Position numbers and translations under genes: made by a program
From: Octopus vulgaris
Lineage: Eukaryota
Reading direction: 5' to 3'
DNA length: 64,000 bases
Assembly (NCBI GenBank): GCA_951406725.2
Contig: OX597814.1
Coordinates: 104,098,001 to 104,162,000 of the forward strand
Shown: in pieces, positions 1-11,884 of the stretch
Layout of the letters: the number at the start of each line of letters is the position of its first letter
How positions within the stretch are numbered: the stretch's first letter is position 1
Notes under the pieces: generated by a model
The model's database searches: none
What the model saw: only the letters and a program-made list of their open reading frames with translations
Told to the model about the DNA's origin: nothing

Positions 1-300
1 GGAGTTGAGGTCTAACATAATGTCTCAAACATTTACAATGGTGAGGTTGGTCTCGATTGTTATTTTGAGCCCCATGGCAATAAAGGTGCTAATTAGGCCC
101 TCCCAATGCCTATCGAGGATATGGCCATTAGCTCCTCTACAGATGGCCGTAGTGTCATTTCTGTAGAAACCAAAGATAACTGATGGGAACCTCTTCTTTA
201 AGGCGTCTAAAGGAACAATTATGTATTGTTCGCAAAACCAACTGACCATGACGTATCTGTTCCTCCAATTTGTAGAGGGGTTATGTGCCTTCAGCCATTT
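1..300 (-). mobile_element. Penelope-like element reverse transcriptase remnant (decayed, runs off window edge)
   Basis: Minus-strand translation FGFYRNDTTAI..GHILDR...LISTFIAMGLKITIETNLTIVNV*DIMLDLNS resembles the PLE RT signature GLYRDDGLA...RKDIIKIF..LGLKITIETNLKIVNFLDVTLDL. The catalytic YRDD has decayed to YRND and there is an in-frame stop. Confidence 0.75.
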
Positions 301-961
301 AGGTCCGATGAGTAGCCTATACTGCTGGGTGCTTTATAGGTGCAAAACCAATATATTTTCAGGTTTGTTCTGTTTCTGTCTACCAAATTTTACGTGACAC
401 CAACATTTTATGTTCTGCTCAATAAAGCTTTTGAGAGTGTGTTCTTCTTTTGTACAGTTGCAGTCATGTGACAAGCTTTATGTATAGTTTGCATATATTT
501 AATAGGTCTGTGATACATTCGTAGATCACATACATATTAGCTATAGAATTGATGACCATATCATCAAAATTTTCATAATTACACAATACAAAACAAATTA
601 TATTGAACTACAAATTGTTCAAAACTTGGAACTATAAGGAAGGAGCTTTAAGACCACCTTGAAGGCGAGAATTCAAAACATTTCATGATATGACCACAAT
701 ATCAAAGAAGAAATCCATAGAAATGTTTCACCAATTTCACTAAGCGTTGCTCAGTGCAGGGTAAATTTATTGGCCACACCAAACTTTTTGCACTCTGAAG
801 AGGACAAAGACCCCTCAACTACATTGGCAGAAACATACATGAAATTGAGAACTTACCAAAGTATGGCATTTTGAAGCAGCTCTTGGTTAAGGCTGTTGAA
901 GGAACAAGAATTTATAAATTAACACTCATAAAATACTATGAAAATTAAAATTTGTTTCTAA

Positions 962-1190
962 CCTTTCCGATACCATATTTCTGTTGGAATATGCTACCAT
1001 TGTTTTCAACCAATTTTGAAAATAATGAGGAATTTCATAGTAAAAGAACTTTTGTCATTGTGTTAAGCTGGTGTCTGGAACGTAGATTGACATGGAATTC
1101 TGATGAAAGGTTTTGATTTAGAACAATTTAAAATGAAAGGTTTGTTTCAGGGAACCAAGAATGGTTTCTGGAGCATTAGTATCAAAAGGG
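962..1190. mobile_element. piggyBac-like MITE (TTAA-flanked)
   Basis: Left end (c)taa-cctttccgatacc and right end gtatcaaaaggg-ttaa form imperfect TIRs with CCC/GGG-type termini and a TTAA target. A related end occurs at about 14165. Confidence 0.55.
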
Positions 1191-1765
1191 TTAATTAATG
1201 CATGATTAATAATTAGTAGCCTAGTAATGGAGTTAATGATATCAACTATCCTCTTCTTTAATTAGTTGACATAACAACAAAAGCGGCATTAGAAAAAATT
1301 TAATTGGGAAGACACAACTTTTGTAATGCCTAACTCCATAACTACAAGCAACACGAAAAGCAGAAAAGGGAGGAAGCTTCACAAGAGAGCATATGTGTAT
1401 TTTGGATTTCAAAACAGGAGAGGAAGTACTCAATACATGTAGTGAAGTGGGTGACAGGAACAGGGCAAGTCACTGAGGTGTTCCCTAGGGGAGCAAGACA
1501 AGGAACTGTAGTAGGGGACAAGATGGACTGAGGTGAGGACAAGTTATGAGGTAGGAGACAGCAACAAAACAAAACTACTGAAGTGGTCCCTAAGTGAACC
1601 CCTTCCTACATCTAGACATTTTCCAGGTCTTATTTATTTGGCTTTCATTGAACAAAAGATAGTTTTTTGAATCACCTTTGAATGTTATGAATAATCTTTT
1701 CCTTGTTTCGGTCATTAGACTGTGGTCATGCTGGGGCACCACCTTGAAGAACTTTTAGTCAAATA

Positions 1766-2167
1766 GGCATAGGAGTGGCTGTGTGGTAAGTAGCTTGCTT
1801 ACGAACTACATGGTTCTGGGTTCAGTCCCACTGCACGGCACCTTGGGCAAGTGTCTTCTGCTATAGCCTAGGGCCGACCAAAGCCTTGTGAGTGGATTTG
1901 GTAGACGGAAACTGAAAGAAGCCCGTTGTATATATGTATATATATGTATGTGTGTGTATGTTTGTGTGTCTGTGTTTGTGCCCCCAACATCGCTTGACAA
2001 CCGATGCTGGTGTGTTTGTGTCCTCGTAACTTAGCGGTTCGACAAAAGCGACTGATAGAATAAATACCAGGCTTACAAAGAATAAGTCCGGGGGGTCGAT
2101 TTGCTTGACTAAAGGTGGTGCTCCAGCATGGCCGCAGTCAAATGACTGAAACAAGTAAAAGAGTAAA
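1766..2167 (+). mobile_element. tRNA-derived SINE, family A (octopus OR/OK-like CORE-type), nested in an older opposite-strand copy
   Basis: Pol III A box TGGCTGTGTGG and B box GGTTCAGTCCC, CORE-like ccttgggcaagtg segment, internal (TA/TG)n, tail gactgaaacaagtaaaagag. The flanks 1700-1765 and 2167-2300 are two halves of an older minus-strand copy. Confidence 0.85.
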
Positions 2168-2328
2168 TGAATTGACCCCGGTATGTGTTATTTCTTTTTA
2201 AAACCTGATACTTTATGTATCAGTCTCTTTTTGATGAACCGCTAAGTTACATTGACATAAACACATCAACACTGGTTGTGAAGCAGTAGGGTGGGACGGG
2301 GGACAACACAAACACAATGACACATACG

Positions 2329-2935
2329 TCATCATCATCATCATCATCATTTAATGTCCACTCTCCATGCTGGCATGGGTCGGATGTTTGGACAGGAGCT
2401 GCCCAGGCTCCTTTTGTCTGTTCTGGCAGGGTTTTTATAGCTGGAAGCCCTTCCTAATGCCAACCACTTCATAAAGTGTAGTGGGTGGTAATTAACATGG
2501 CACTGGTCTGGGTGCTCTTATGTGACACTGACATGGATGCTTTTTACATGGCACCATGGGCACTCTTCTGTGGCACTGGCACAAGTGTTTTTATGTGGCC
2601 CCCATGAGCCCACGAGAGCAGGATCCCAGCTGAGAGAGGGATGTAGAGGACATGCCTATGTGTACAGAAGGCCACAATTTTACTAAGCTTGACATGTCTT
2701 CCCAAGCTGCCACAAGCCCCAGTCCCTTGTCATCCCCTGTTTGAGGCCCAACATCTGAAGGTCTTTTCTCACCACTTCATCCCATGTCTTCCTGGGTCTA
2801 CCCCTTCTACACGTTCCCTCCACAATTACAGAGCAGCACTTCTTTATGCAGCTGTCCTCATCCATTTGCATCACATGACCATACCAGCACAGTCTTCTCC
2901 TTTGCACATCCGATTCCATGTTTACACAATTTGTA
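2329..2935 (-). mobile_element. RTE-clade LINE 3' fragment
   Basis: ORF 2683-2991 contains RRLCWYGHVMQMDEDSCIKKC..VEGTCRRGRPRKTWDEVVRKDL (RTE C-terminus), followed by a 3'UTR ending in a (GAT)n tail. Confidence 0.85.
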
Positions 2936-3432
2936 TACCCGATATGTATGTATACACACACACACACACACATTTGTTGCTTCCCAACCACATGGTTCCA
3001 GGTTCAGTCCCACTGCATGGCACCTTGGGCAAGTGTCTGCTACTATAACCTCGGCCTGACCAAACATATATATATTCAACAGAAAACATAACACATGTTT
3101 ATATGAATATGTTTGTGCATAATTGTTATAATTATATAAAAAAGAATAATCCTCCCTTCTCAACACATGTAATACGTATGTACCTATGAGTATGTTTGTA
3201 TGTAAATATCTATATGTATATATATATGTGTGTGTGTGTATGTATATATGTATGTACATATATATATATATATATTCCTCATGTATATACCTTTTCATTC
3301 CTACGTAACTACAAAATCTTAAGATAAATTGATTTTTTAAAATTGCACTATTATTTCTCTTTTGATAACTTTCTCTTACCTCTGATTATACTTTATCTAA
3401 TAACAATGATATAATATAATACAACTAATAAT

Positions 3433-3474
<42 letters not shown>

Positions 3475-3496
3475 TGATTCCTTTGTATGCATATAT

Positions 3497-3920
3497 GCAG
3501 GAGTGGCTGTGTGGTAAGTAGCTTGCTAACCAACCACATGGTTCCGGGTTCAGTCCCACTGTGTGGCATCTTGGGCAAGTGTCTTCTGCTATAGCCCCGG
3601 GCCAACCAATGCCTTGTGAGTGGATTTGGTAGACGGAAACTGAAAGAAGCCCGTCGTATATATGTATATATATATATGTATGTATGTGTGTGTATATGTT
3701 TGTGTGTCTGTGTTTGTCCCCCCAACATCACTTGACAACCGATGCTGGTGTGTTTACGTCCCCGTCACTTAGTGGTTTGGCAAAAGAGACCGATAGAATA
3801 AGTACTGGGCTTACAAAGAATAAGTCCCGGGGTCGATTTGCTCGACTAAAGGCGGTGCCCCAGCATGGCCGCAGTCAGTTGACTGAAACAAGTAAAAGAG
3901 TAAAAAAAGAGTAAAGAGTA
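3497..3920 (+). mobile_element. tRNA-derived SINE, family A, full length
   Basis: Near-identical to 1766-2167, with the same A/B boxes and tail. Confidence 0.85.
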
Positions 3921-4045
3921 TGCATCTGCATATATATTTTAATATATGTATATGTGTTTATGTATATTTATGTATATGTGTGTATATGTAAAAGTATGTA
4001 TATATGTATGTATTTATATTTATAACTTAACCTTGTGAACTTTCT

Positions 4046-4175
4046 AAACTCTCTGACGAAGCCCCGAGACACACCCAAGTACCTTAATCTTATTTGCCAA
4101 ATACTCCAGTTCACTGGAGGGATAAAAGTAGAATGGGGTACTATGGCCCCTTTGCAGAAACAGCTGTAAGATTTT
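4046..4175 (+). ncRNA. Degenerate type I hammerhead ribozyme motif (Penelope-like repeat)
   Basis: aaactct-CTGACGA...GAAA-CAGCTG-TA-agatttt. Core boxes are present, stem III is the palindrome ACAGCTGT and stem I pairs 6/7. Stem II is long and poorly paired. Confidence 0.45.
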
Positions 4176-4532
4176 ATCCTACTTTCTATGCTCTACATTA
4201 TATATTTTAATAATTACTGGTATTTTTATATTTTATATATTATATATGTAAAGCATAATATGTTATATATGTATGTATATTGCTATAATTGTCTTTTTTA
4301 AAAAATAGACATAATATATAATGTCTAAAAGTTGATGAATACCACCTCTTGGTCCCCTCCATTTTCTTATTGCTCTTTAAATTAATGGTAAAATATCTCT
4401 TTGCCTTCACCCATTTATTACACTTGGTAATATAATTGCCATGCAATGAAAAAACACTTGGGTATTCTACCAGCAGTATATTGGATAGATATTATCCCTT
4501 AGTTGGTTGGATTCACAACCTCTAACTTTCTT

Positions 4533-4697
4533 GGAGTGGCTGTGTGGTAAGTAGCATGCTTAACAACCACATGCTTCCGGGTTCAGTCCCACTACGTGGT
4601 ACTTTGGGCAAGTGTCTTCTACTATAGCTTCGGGCTGACCAAAGCCTTGTGAGTGGATTTGGTAGACAGAAACTGAAAGAGGCCTGTCATATATATG

Positions 4698-4732
<35 letters not shown>

Positions 4733-5205
4733 GTATGTGTGTGTATATTTTTGTGTGTCTGTGTTTGTCCCCCCAACATCGCTTGACAACCGATGCGGGT
4801 GTGTTTACGTCCCCGTAACTTAGCAGTTCAGCAAAAGGCCCTGATAGAATAAGTACTAGGCTTACAAAGAATAAGTCCTGGGGTCGATTTGCTTGACTAA
4901 AGGTGGTGCTCCAGCATGGCCGCAATCAAATGACTGAAACAAGTAAAAGAGTAAAAGGGTAAATATATATATATGTATGTATGTATATAATTGTATGTAT
5001 TTGTTATTTGTGTTTGTCTCTCCACCATCGCTTGACAACCGATGTTGGTGTGTTTACGTCCCTGTAATGTAGCAGTTCGGCAAAAAGAGACCAATAGAAT
5101 GAGTACTAGGCTTACAAAGAATAAATCCTGGAGTTTGATTTGTTCGACTAAAGGTGGTGCTCCAGCATGGCTGCAGTCAAATGACTGAAACAAACAAAAA
5201 TAATA
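4533..5205 (+). mobile_element. SINE family A full copy (4533-4960) followed by a 3'-half copy (about 4990-5205)
   Basis: Same head and tail as the other family A copies; the 3' half is tandemly repeated. Confidence 0.8.
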
Positions 5206-5254
5206 AAAGAATACACACACACACACACATCCATACACACACACACGTTCATAT

Positions 5255-5285
<31 letters not shown>

Positions 5286-5606
5286 CAGTAATTACTTACC
5301 ATATTGCAGTTCACGTATCATGCCTCAGTATATCGTGGGGTTTCTGTGGCTGGTAAGTATTTATGTTTGTTTAGATTATAATTATTTCTGTGGCGAAATA
5401 AGCATTTTCATGCCTAAAAATTAATAAATAAAAATACAGTACAGTACCGCACTGTATAACACATTAATTAAATTCTATTAAAAGAAAATTTGTTGTGTAC
5501 CGTGGGTGAGTAAACAAAGTAACTGTATGGAAAATGAAACTCGGGAGGCAAGTGTGCGGTGTTGCTTTGCATTTGGGTGTAAAATTGTGAATTTATTTCA
5601 AGCCCC

Positions 5607-7200
5607 ATGATGTCGCCCAAATGTTCCTCATCTTCTAAGGCTTCTGGCAGTGAACCCAAGTGTCAGAGGAAGAGGTTTACTATAGCGGAGAAGGTGAGAC
5701 TCCTTCACATGCTTAAGGAAGGGAGAATGTATGCAGATGTATGCCACCATTACGGCATCAATGAATCTACCATTCACTACATTAAAAAGGACGAAAAAAA
5801 TAAGGACAACAGTAAAAGTGACTTTTAAGAAGACGGTGAAAAAGGGTGGTAATTTGTGACAATAAGGTCATCGTAAGGATGGAGTCTGCATTATCCCTTT
5901 TGACAGTGACTGCAGGAAGAAAAACATTGCACTGGATACCAACACCATTGATGAGAAAGCCAGACAGCTGTACAGCAAGTTTATGGATGGCAGTGACGAT
6001 GACCCAGAAGACCTTGGACCAGGACTATCTACAGTATCTCCCACCAAACCAAGTGAATTTAATACCATCAAGGGCTGGTTTGATAAATTTCAAAGGAGGT
6101 CCAACCTTAAGAGTGTGTTCCTGAATGGAGAAGCTGCCTCTGCTGACACACCCGCTGCTGAGGAGTATGTTCAAGACCATCATTGAGGAAAGTGGATATT
6201 CGCATGAACAAGTTTTCAATATGGATGAGACTGGCCCCTTTTGGAAATGGATGCCATCGTGGACTTTCATTAAGAAGGAGCAGGCCAGAGCCCCTGGACT
6301 TAAGGTGTACAAAGTTCATGTCACAATTACAATGTGTAGAAATGCTGCAGGCTTTATGATAAAGCCAGGGCTCATTTATAAATCCCAAAACTCAAAGGCC
6401 CTCAAAAACAAAAATAAAAACCTGCTGCCAGTGCACTGGATCCACAAACAGAAGGCATGGATAATGAAACCACTGACATCAGATTGGTTTCACCAGTGCT
6501 TCATCCCCAAAGTCAAGGTTTATCTCACCGTAAAAAGAATGGAATTCAAAGTGCTTCTCCTAATGGACAATGTTGGAGGTCAGGCATCCGACCTGTCGTA
6601 TGAAGGCATACAAATCGAATTCTTACCACCAAACACCACATTGCTGGTCTAGCCCATGGATCAAGATATTATTCATGCTTTTAAGGTGCTCTATACGTGA
6701 AACTCACGGCAACACCTGGTCAAGGTTATGGACTTGGAGGATAACTTCTCGCTGAAGGAATACTGGTATGAGTACACCTTTGCAATGTGTCTCCAAAATA
6801 TTCAGAGGTCCATAAAGGAGATGAAGAACGAAACTTTGAACTGGAAGAAATTGTGGTCAGAAGAGATGATGGAGTCAGCAAGTGAGTAGGAGGAGGAGGA
6901 GGAGGAGGAGGAAGAAGAAGAAGAAGAAGAAGAAGAAGAAGAAGAAGAAGAAGAAGAAGAAGAAGAAGAAGAAGAGGTGGTGGTGGTGGTGGTGGTGGTG
7001 GTAGTAGTAGTCAGCTTATCACTAGAATGCTTCTAAGTTCTTGCAACAACAGCAAAAGAACTTCAGAGAATTAGGAACCCCAGATGATTTGTGCATTGCA
7101 GTTCAGAAATGCAATCAGCAGTGCCATGGATGTTTATAAAAACCTCCTTAGACAGAAGAAAAGGTAGTGCCAGTAACTGCCCATCACTATGTTCCTCACC
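5607..7200 (+). pseudogene. pogo/Tigger (CENP-B-like) DDE transposase pseudogene
   Basis: HTH-psq RKRFTIAEKVRLL..YGINESTIHYIKK; second HTH FNTIKGWFDKFQRR; DDE_1 motifs QVFNMDETG, KVLLLMDN and EFLPPNTT.LV*PMDQ. The ORF is broken by several frameshifts and stops. Confidence 0.9.
6889..7011 (+). repeat. (GAG)n(GAA)n(GGT)n trinucleotide expansion inside the transposase acidic tail
   Basis: Seen directly in the sequence. Confidence 0.95.
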
Positions 7201-7393
7201 TACAAAAAAGTGAAGACATGGTTACTCTTAAGAGTGTGGGGAGAGTTTTCTTAAAAATAATAAAGTAAATATATACAAATTATAAAAATAATTTTAAAAA
7301 TAAATACAGTACAGTACTGTTTCTGCTTTGCGGATTTTCACCTGTCGCAGGAGTTTTTGGAATGCAACGCTCATGATAGTTGAGGGATTACAG

Positions 7394-7470
<77 letters not shown>

Positions 7471-7474
<4 letters not shown>

Positions 7475-8123
7475 GTAAATATAAGTGACAATTATTCGGT
7501 AGCCATGATAAAACTCTGAGTTTTAGATGTTGGGGCAGAAACCCACGCTGGAATCTCTTCAGTTATCAGGCCATCGAAAAAAATGCTATGAAAATGACCG
7601 TTAAAACAAAGGGAAATTACTGGGTGATTGATCGTTGTTAAGACAAAAGAGCTATTAGAATGACTGCTAAGTAAGGGGAGAGAGTAAAGGTAAGGGAGTA
7701 AAAATGTTTGTAGTAATCGTGTAAGCGCGCATGTACGTATATACACGTGTACTCCAGCACACCCATGTACATGCGCCTATATGTATATGTATGGGCATAT
7801 GCGCTTACACGATTACTTTGAACATTTTTATTCCTTTACCATTACTCCCTCCCCTTACTTAGTGGTCATTCTAATAGCTCTTTTATCTTAATAATGGTCA
7901 ATCACACAGTAATTTCCCTTTTTTTTAACGGTCATTTTCATAGCATTTTTTCGATGGCCCGATAACTGAAGAGATGCTGGCGTAGGTTTCCACCCCGACA
8001 TCCGAAACTCGGAGTTTTATCATGGCTACTGAATAATTGTCACATATTATATTTACAGATAAATTCCTCTATTTACATAATATTGAGGTCTCTTTCATTC
8101 TTTTGTTGTCTTGCCAGTTCTAT

Positions 8124-8127
<4 letters not shown>
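7471..8127. mobile_element. Fold-back non-autonomous element (about 280-bp inverted arms plus right-side tail), probably Penelope-derived
   Basis: 7471-~7752 is the reverse complement of ~7770-8060. The element is flanked by (TA)n, and each arm carries a hammerhead motif. Confidence 0.75.
7961..8021 (+). ncRNA. Type I hammerhead ribozyme (minimal, palindromic stem III)
   Basis: GATAA-CTGAAGA-G[atgctggcgtaggtttccaccccgacat]C-GAAA-CTC-g-GAG-T-T-TTATC. All core nucleotides are present, stem I GATAA/TTATC is perfect, stem II is closed by G-C, and the predicted cleavage triplet is GUU. Confidence 0.7.
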
Positions 8128-8168
<41 letters not shown>

Positions 8169-8374
8169 ATGGGGCTTTAGTTCACAGGTGATCTAAATGA
8201 CTAGGTACGTTAGGTAAGTGCTGTAACAGATTACTAGGGATCCAAGGTTATAACCAAGACAGTAGTTATGGAGCCATTGCAGATTTCCGATATAGCGGAT
8301 ATATAATTGTTAAAGAGGACAACAAACATTAAGGCAAGACAAACATCTCAAGTCATATACATTATTATTGTTAT

Positions 8375-9460
8375 TATTCTGGGTCGTGACTGCTGAGGAC
8401 ATACATAAGCTCATGAGGAATGAAGCCAGTATGCTTCGATGGATGTGTATTGTCAGTGTACATACTCGACAGAATGTAAGTACCTTGAGAGATAAGTTGG
8501 ATCTAAGAAGCATCAGCTGTGGTGTGCAAGAGAGACGATTGCACTGGTATGGTCATGTGGCGAGAATGGATGAAGATAGGAGTGTGAAAAAGTGCCAATC
8601 CCTAGCGGTTGAGGGAACCCATGGAAGAGGTAGACCCAGGAAAACCTGGGACGAGGTGGTGAAGCATAACCTTCAAAAATTAGGCCTCACCAAGGCAATG
8701 ACTAGTGACCGAGATCTTTGGAAATATACTGTGCGTGAGAAGACCCGGCAGGACAAGTGAGTCCATCCTGTGTCCTTTGCCATGGATGTAGCCAGCCCAC
8801 TTATGCATGCCTTTCCTTCCTTGGACACGCGAAGACCTGTTGAAGCAAGTGAAGTCAAAACTGAATTCAAAATCGAACCTCATCCGACGACTGGCACCCA
8901 TGCCAACCTCCCTTCATTGGTCACTAAACTCTGCTTGTGAAGACCTGTTGGGGCAAGTGAAATCGGAATTGAAATTGAACCAATCCTATGACTGGCACCC
9001 GGCAGTTGCCAGTGCTGCTGGACTGACTCCTGTGCTGGTGGCAAGTAAACAAACACTGTTTTGACCCTGTGCTTGAGGAGACCAATTGCATCAAGTACAT
9101 TAATATTAAAAATCAATGGAAATTGAAGTTGTGATCCCTGTGCTGGTGGCACATAAAAAGCACCATCCGAACGTGGCTGATGGCAGTGCCACCTTGACTG
9201 GCTTCCGTGCTGGTGGCACGTAAAAAGCACCAGCCGATTGTGGCCGTTGCCAGCCTCACCTGGCACCTGTGCTGGTAGCATGTAAAAAGCACCCACTACA
9301 CTCACGAAGTGGTTGGCGTTAGAAAGGGCATCCAGCTGTAGAAACACTGCCAGATCAGACTGGAGCCTGGTGCAGCCTTCTGGCTTCCCAGATCCCAGTC
9401 AAACCGTCCAACCCATGCTAGCATGGAAAACGGACGTTAAACGATGATGATGATGATGAT
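8375..9460 (+). mobile_element. RTE-clade LINE, 5'-truncated (ORF C-terminus 8375-8760, 3'UTR, (GAT)n tail)
   Basis: Open-frame RNEASMLRWMC...RRLHWYGHVARMDEDR..GRGRPRKTWDEVV, then a UTR ending aacccatgctagcatggaaaacggacgttaaacgatgatgat. Confidence 0.9.
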
Positions 9461-9597
9461 TACAATGGGATTCTTACAGCATCTATCTACCAAAGCCACT
9501 CACAAGGCTTTTGTTGACAATAGCAGTGTCTTGGATGGAACCAATTGCAGGAAATATGTGGAAATAGTTTATACAAGATATGATCTAATATATATAT

Positions 9598-11515
9598 ATC
9601 ATCATCATCATCATCATCATCATTTAGCGTCCGTTTTCCATGCTAGCATGGGTTGGACGGTTCAACTGGGGTCTGGGGAGCCCGAAGGTTGCACCAGGCC
9701 AGTCAGATCTGGCAGTGTTTCTACAGCTGGATGCCCTTCCTAACGCCAACCACTCCGAGAGTGTAGTGGGTGATTTTATGTGCCACCGACACAGGTGCCA
9801 GACGAGGCTGGCGAACGGCCACGCTCGGATGGTGTTTTTATGTGCCACCGACACAGGTGCCAGACGAGGCTGGCAGACGGCCACGCTCGGATGGTGTTTT
9901 TATGTGCCACCGACACAGGTGCCAGATGAGGCTGGCGGACGGCCACGATCGGATGGTGTTTGTTACGTCCCCAAAGCACGGAGGCCAGTCTATGCGGTAC
10001 TGGCTACGGCCACGTTCGGATGATTTTCTTGTGTGCCACCGGCACTGGTCCACAAAGATACAAATTCCATTGATGTTCATCTATTTTGATTTGTTTTGAT
10101 TTGATTTGATTTTCACTTGCCTCAACAGGTCTTCACAAGTGTCACAAGAAGGAAGGTATGCACAGGTGGACTGACTACGTCCCAGGTAGGGGCCACGGGT
10201 TATGGCCTGACTAGTCTTGCCGGGTCTTCGGATGGTGTTTTTATGTGCCACCGACACAGGTGCCAGATGAGGCTGGCGAACGGCCACGATCGGATGGTGT
10301 TTGTTGCGTGCCCACAGCACGGAGGCCAGTCGATGCGGTACTGGCTACGGCCACGTTCGGATGGTTTTCTTGTGTGCCACTGGCACTGGTACCACAAGAT
10401 ACAAATTCCATTGATGTTCATCTATTTTGATTTGATTTGATTTGATTTTCACTTGCCTCAACAGGTCTTCACAAGTGTCACAAGAAGGAAGGAAGGTATG
10501 CACAGGTGGACTGACTACGTCCCAAGTAGGGGCCATGGGTTATGGCCTGACTAGTCTTGCCGGGTCTTCGGTTGGTGTTTTTATGTGCCACCGACACAGG
10601 TGCCAGATGAGGCTGGCGGACGGCCACGATCGGATGGTGTTTGTTATGTGCCCACATCACAGAGGCCAGTCGATGCGGTACTGGCTACGGCCACGTTCGG
10701 ATGGTTTTCTTGTGTGCCACCGGTACTGGTACCACAAAGATACAAATTCCATTGATGTTCATCTATTTTGATTTGGTTTGATTTGATTTGATTTGATTTG
10801 ATTTGATTTTGATTTTCACTTGCCTCAATAGGTCTTCACAAGTGTCATAAGTAGGAAGGTATGCACAGGTGGACTGACTACGTCGCCGGGTCTTCGGATG
10901 GTGTTTTTATGTGCCACCGACACAGGTGCCAGATGAGGCTGGCGAACGGCCACGATCGGATGGTTTTCTTGTGTGCCACCGGTACTGGAACCACAAAGAT
11001 ACAAATTCCATTGATGTTCATCTATTTTGATTTGGTTTGATTTTCACTTGCCTCTACAGGTCTTCACAAGTGTCACACGTGTCACACACTTGCCTCAACA
11101 CGTCTCCACAAGTGTCACACACTTGCCTCTGCCTCAACAGGTCTTCACAAAGTGTCACACACTTGCCTCTGCCTCAACAGGTCTTCACAAGTGTCACACA
11201 CTTGCCTCAACAGGTCTTCACAAGTGTCATAAGAGGGAAGGTATGCACAGGTGGACTGACTACGTCGCCGGGTCTTCGGATGGTGTTTTTATGTGCCACC
11301 GACACAGGTGCTAGATGAGGCTGGCGGACGGCCACGATCGGATGGTGTTTGTTATGTGCCCACATCACAGAGGCCAGTCGATGCGGTACTGGCTACGGCC
11401 ACGTTCGGATGGTTTTCTTGTGTGCCACCGGTACTGGTACCACAAAGATACAAATTCCATTGATGTTCATCTATTTTGATTTGGTTTGATTTGATTTGAT
11501 TTGATTTGATTTGAT
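9598..11515 (-). repeat. Tandem array derived from the RTE 3'UTR (60-bp subrepeats, about five 260-450-bp higher-order units, (TTTGA)n and about 30-bp subrepeats)
   Basis: The marker gatacaaattccattgatgttcatctattttgattt recurs at about 10055, 10395, 10735, 10995 and 11445. Units are homologous to 8735-9460 on the opposite strand. Confidence 0.85.
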
Positions 11516-11565
11516 TTTGATTTATATATATGATATATATATATATATGTATGTATATATAGATG

Positions 11566-11603
<38 letters not shown>

Positions 11604-11884
11604 GATAAATTTAAAAAAGGAAAGAAATCCCAGTTGGGCCTTAACAAAACAAAGTTTCTGACCCTTGTAGTGGTGAAGCAACAAAAGCAAAAACTGAACT
11701 GAGCTGGGTTTGAACTGCCAACAGTGGTGTAATAGGTCTGCTGGTCTCAAATTATTTAGTTGTATTGACCTACATAAGAAAGAGTGCCAGTGTGACCGGA
11801 TTTATAATTAGCTCAAATGTTGTTGTTGCTGATGCTGTTGTTGTTGTTGCTGCTGCTGCTGTTGCTGTTGTTATAATAACAGAT

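Larger units (their letters stand above)
5286..7393 (+). mobile_element. Tigger/pogo-family DNA transposon, full length, inactive
   Basis: Termini CAGTAATT... and ...GAGGGATTACAG are imperfect TIRs flanked by TA within (TA)n. The internal transposase remnants are listed separately. Confidence 0.85.

Noticed and set aside
1766-1840. tRNA genes (here and at other A/B-box heads)
   Set aside because: No complete cloverleaf; each head continues into a SINE body and tail.
5607-6755. Domesticated TIGD/CENP-B-like host gene
   Set aside because: Multiple frameshifts and stops, and the TIRs are retained, so it is a dead transposon.
9770-11515. CRISPR-like regularly spaced repeats
   Set aside because: There are no unique spacers and no cas genes, the context is eukaryotic, and the units derive from an RTE 3'UTR.
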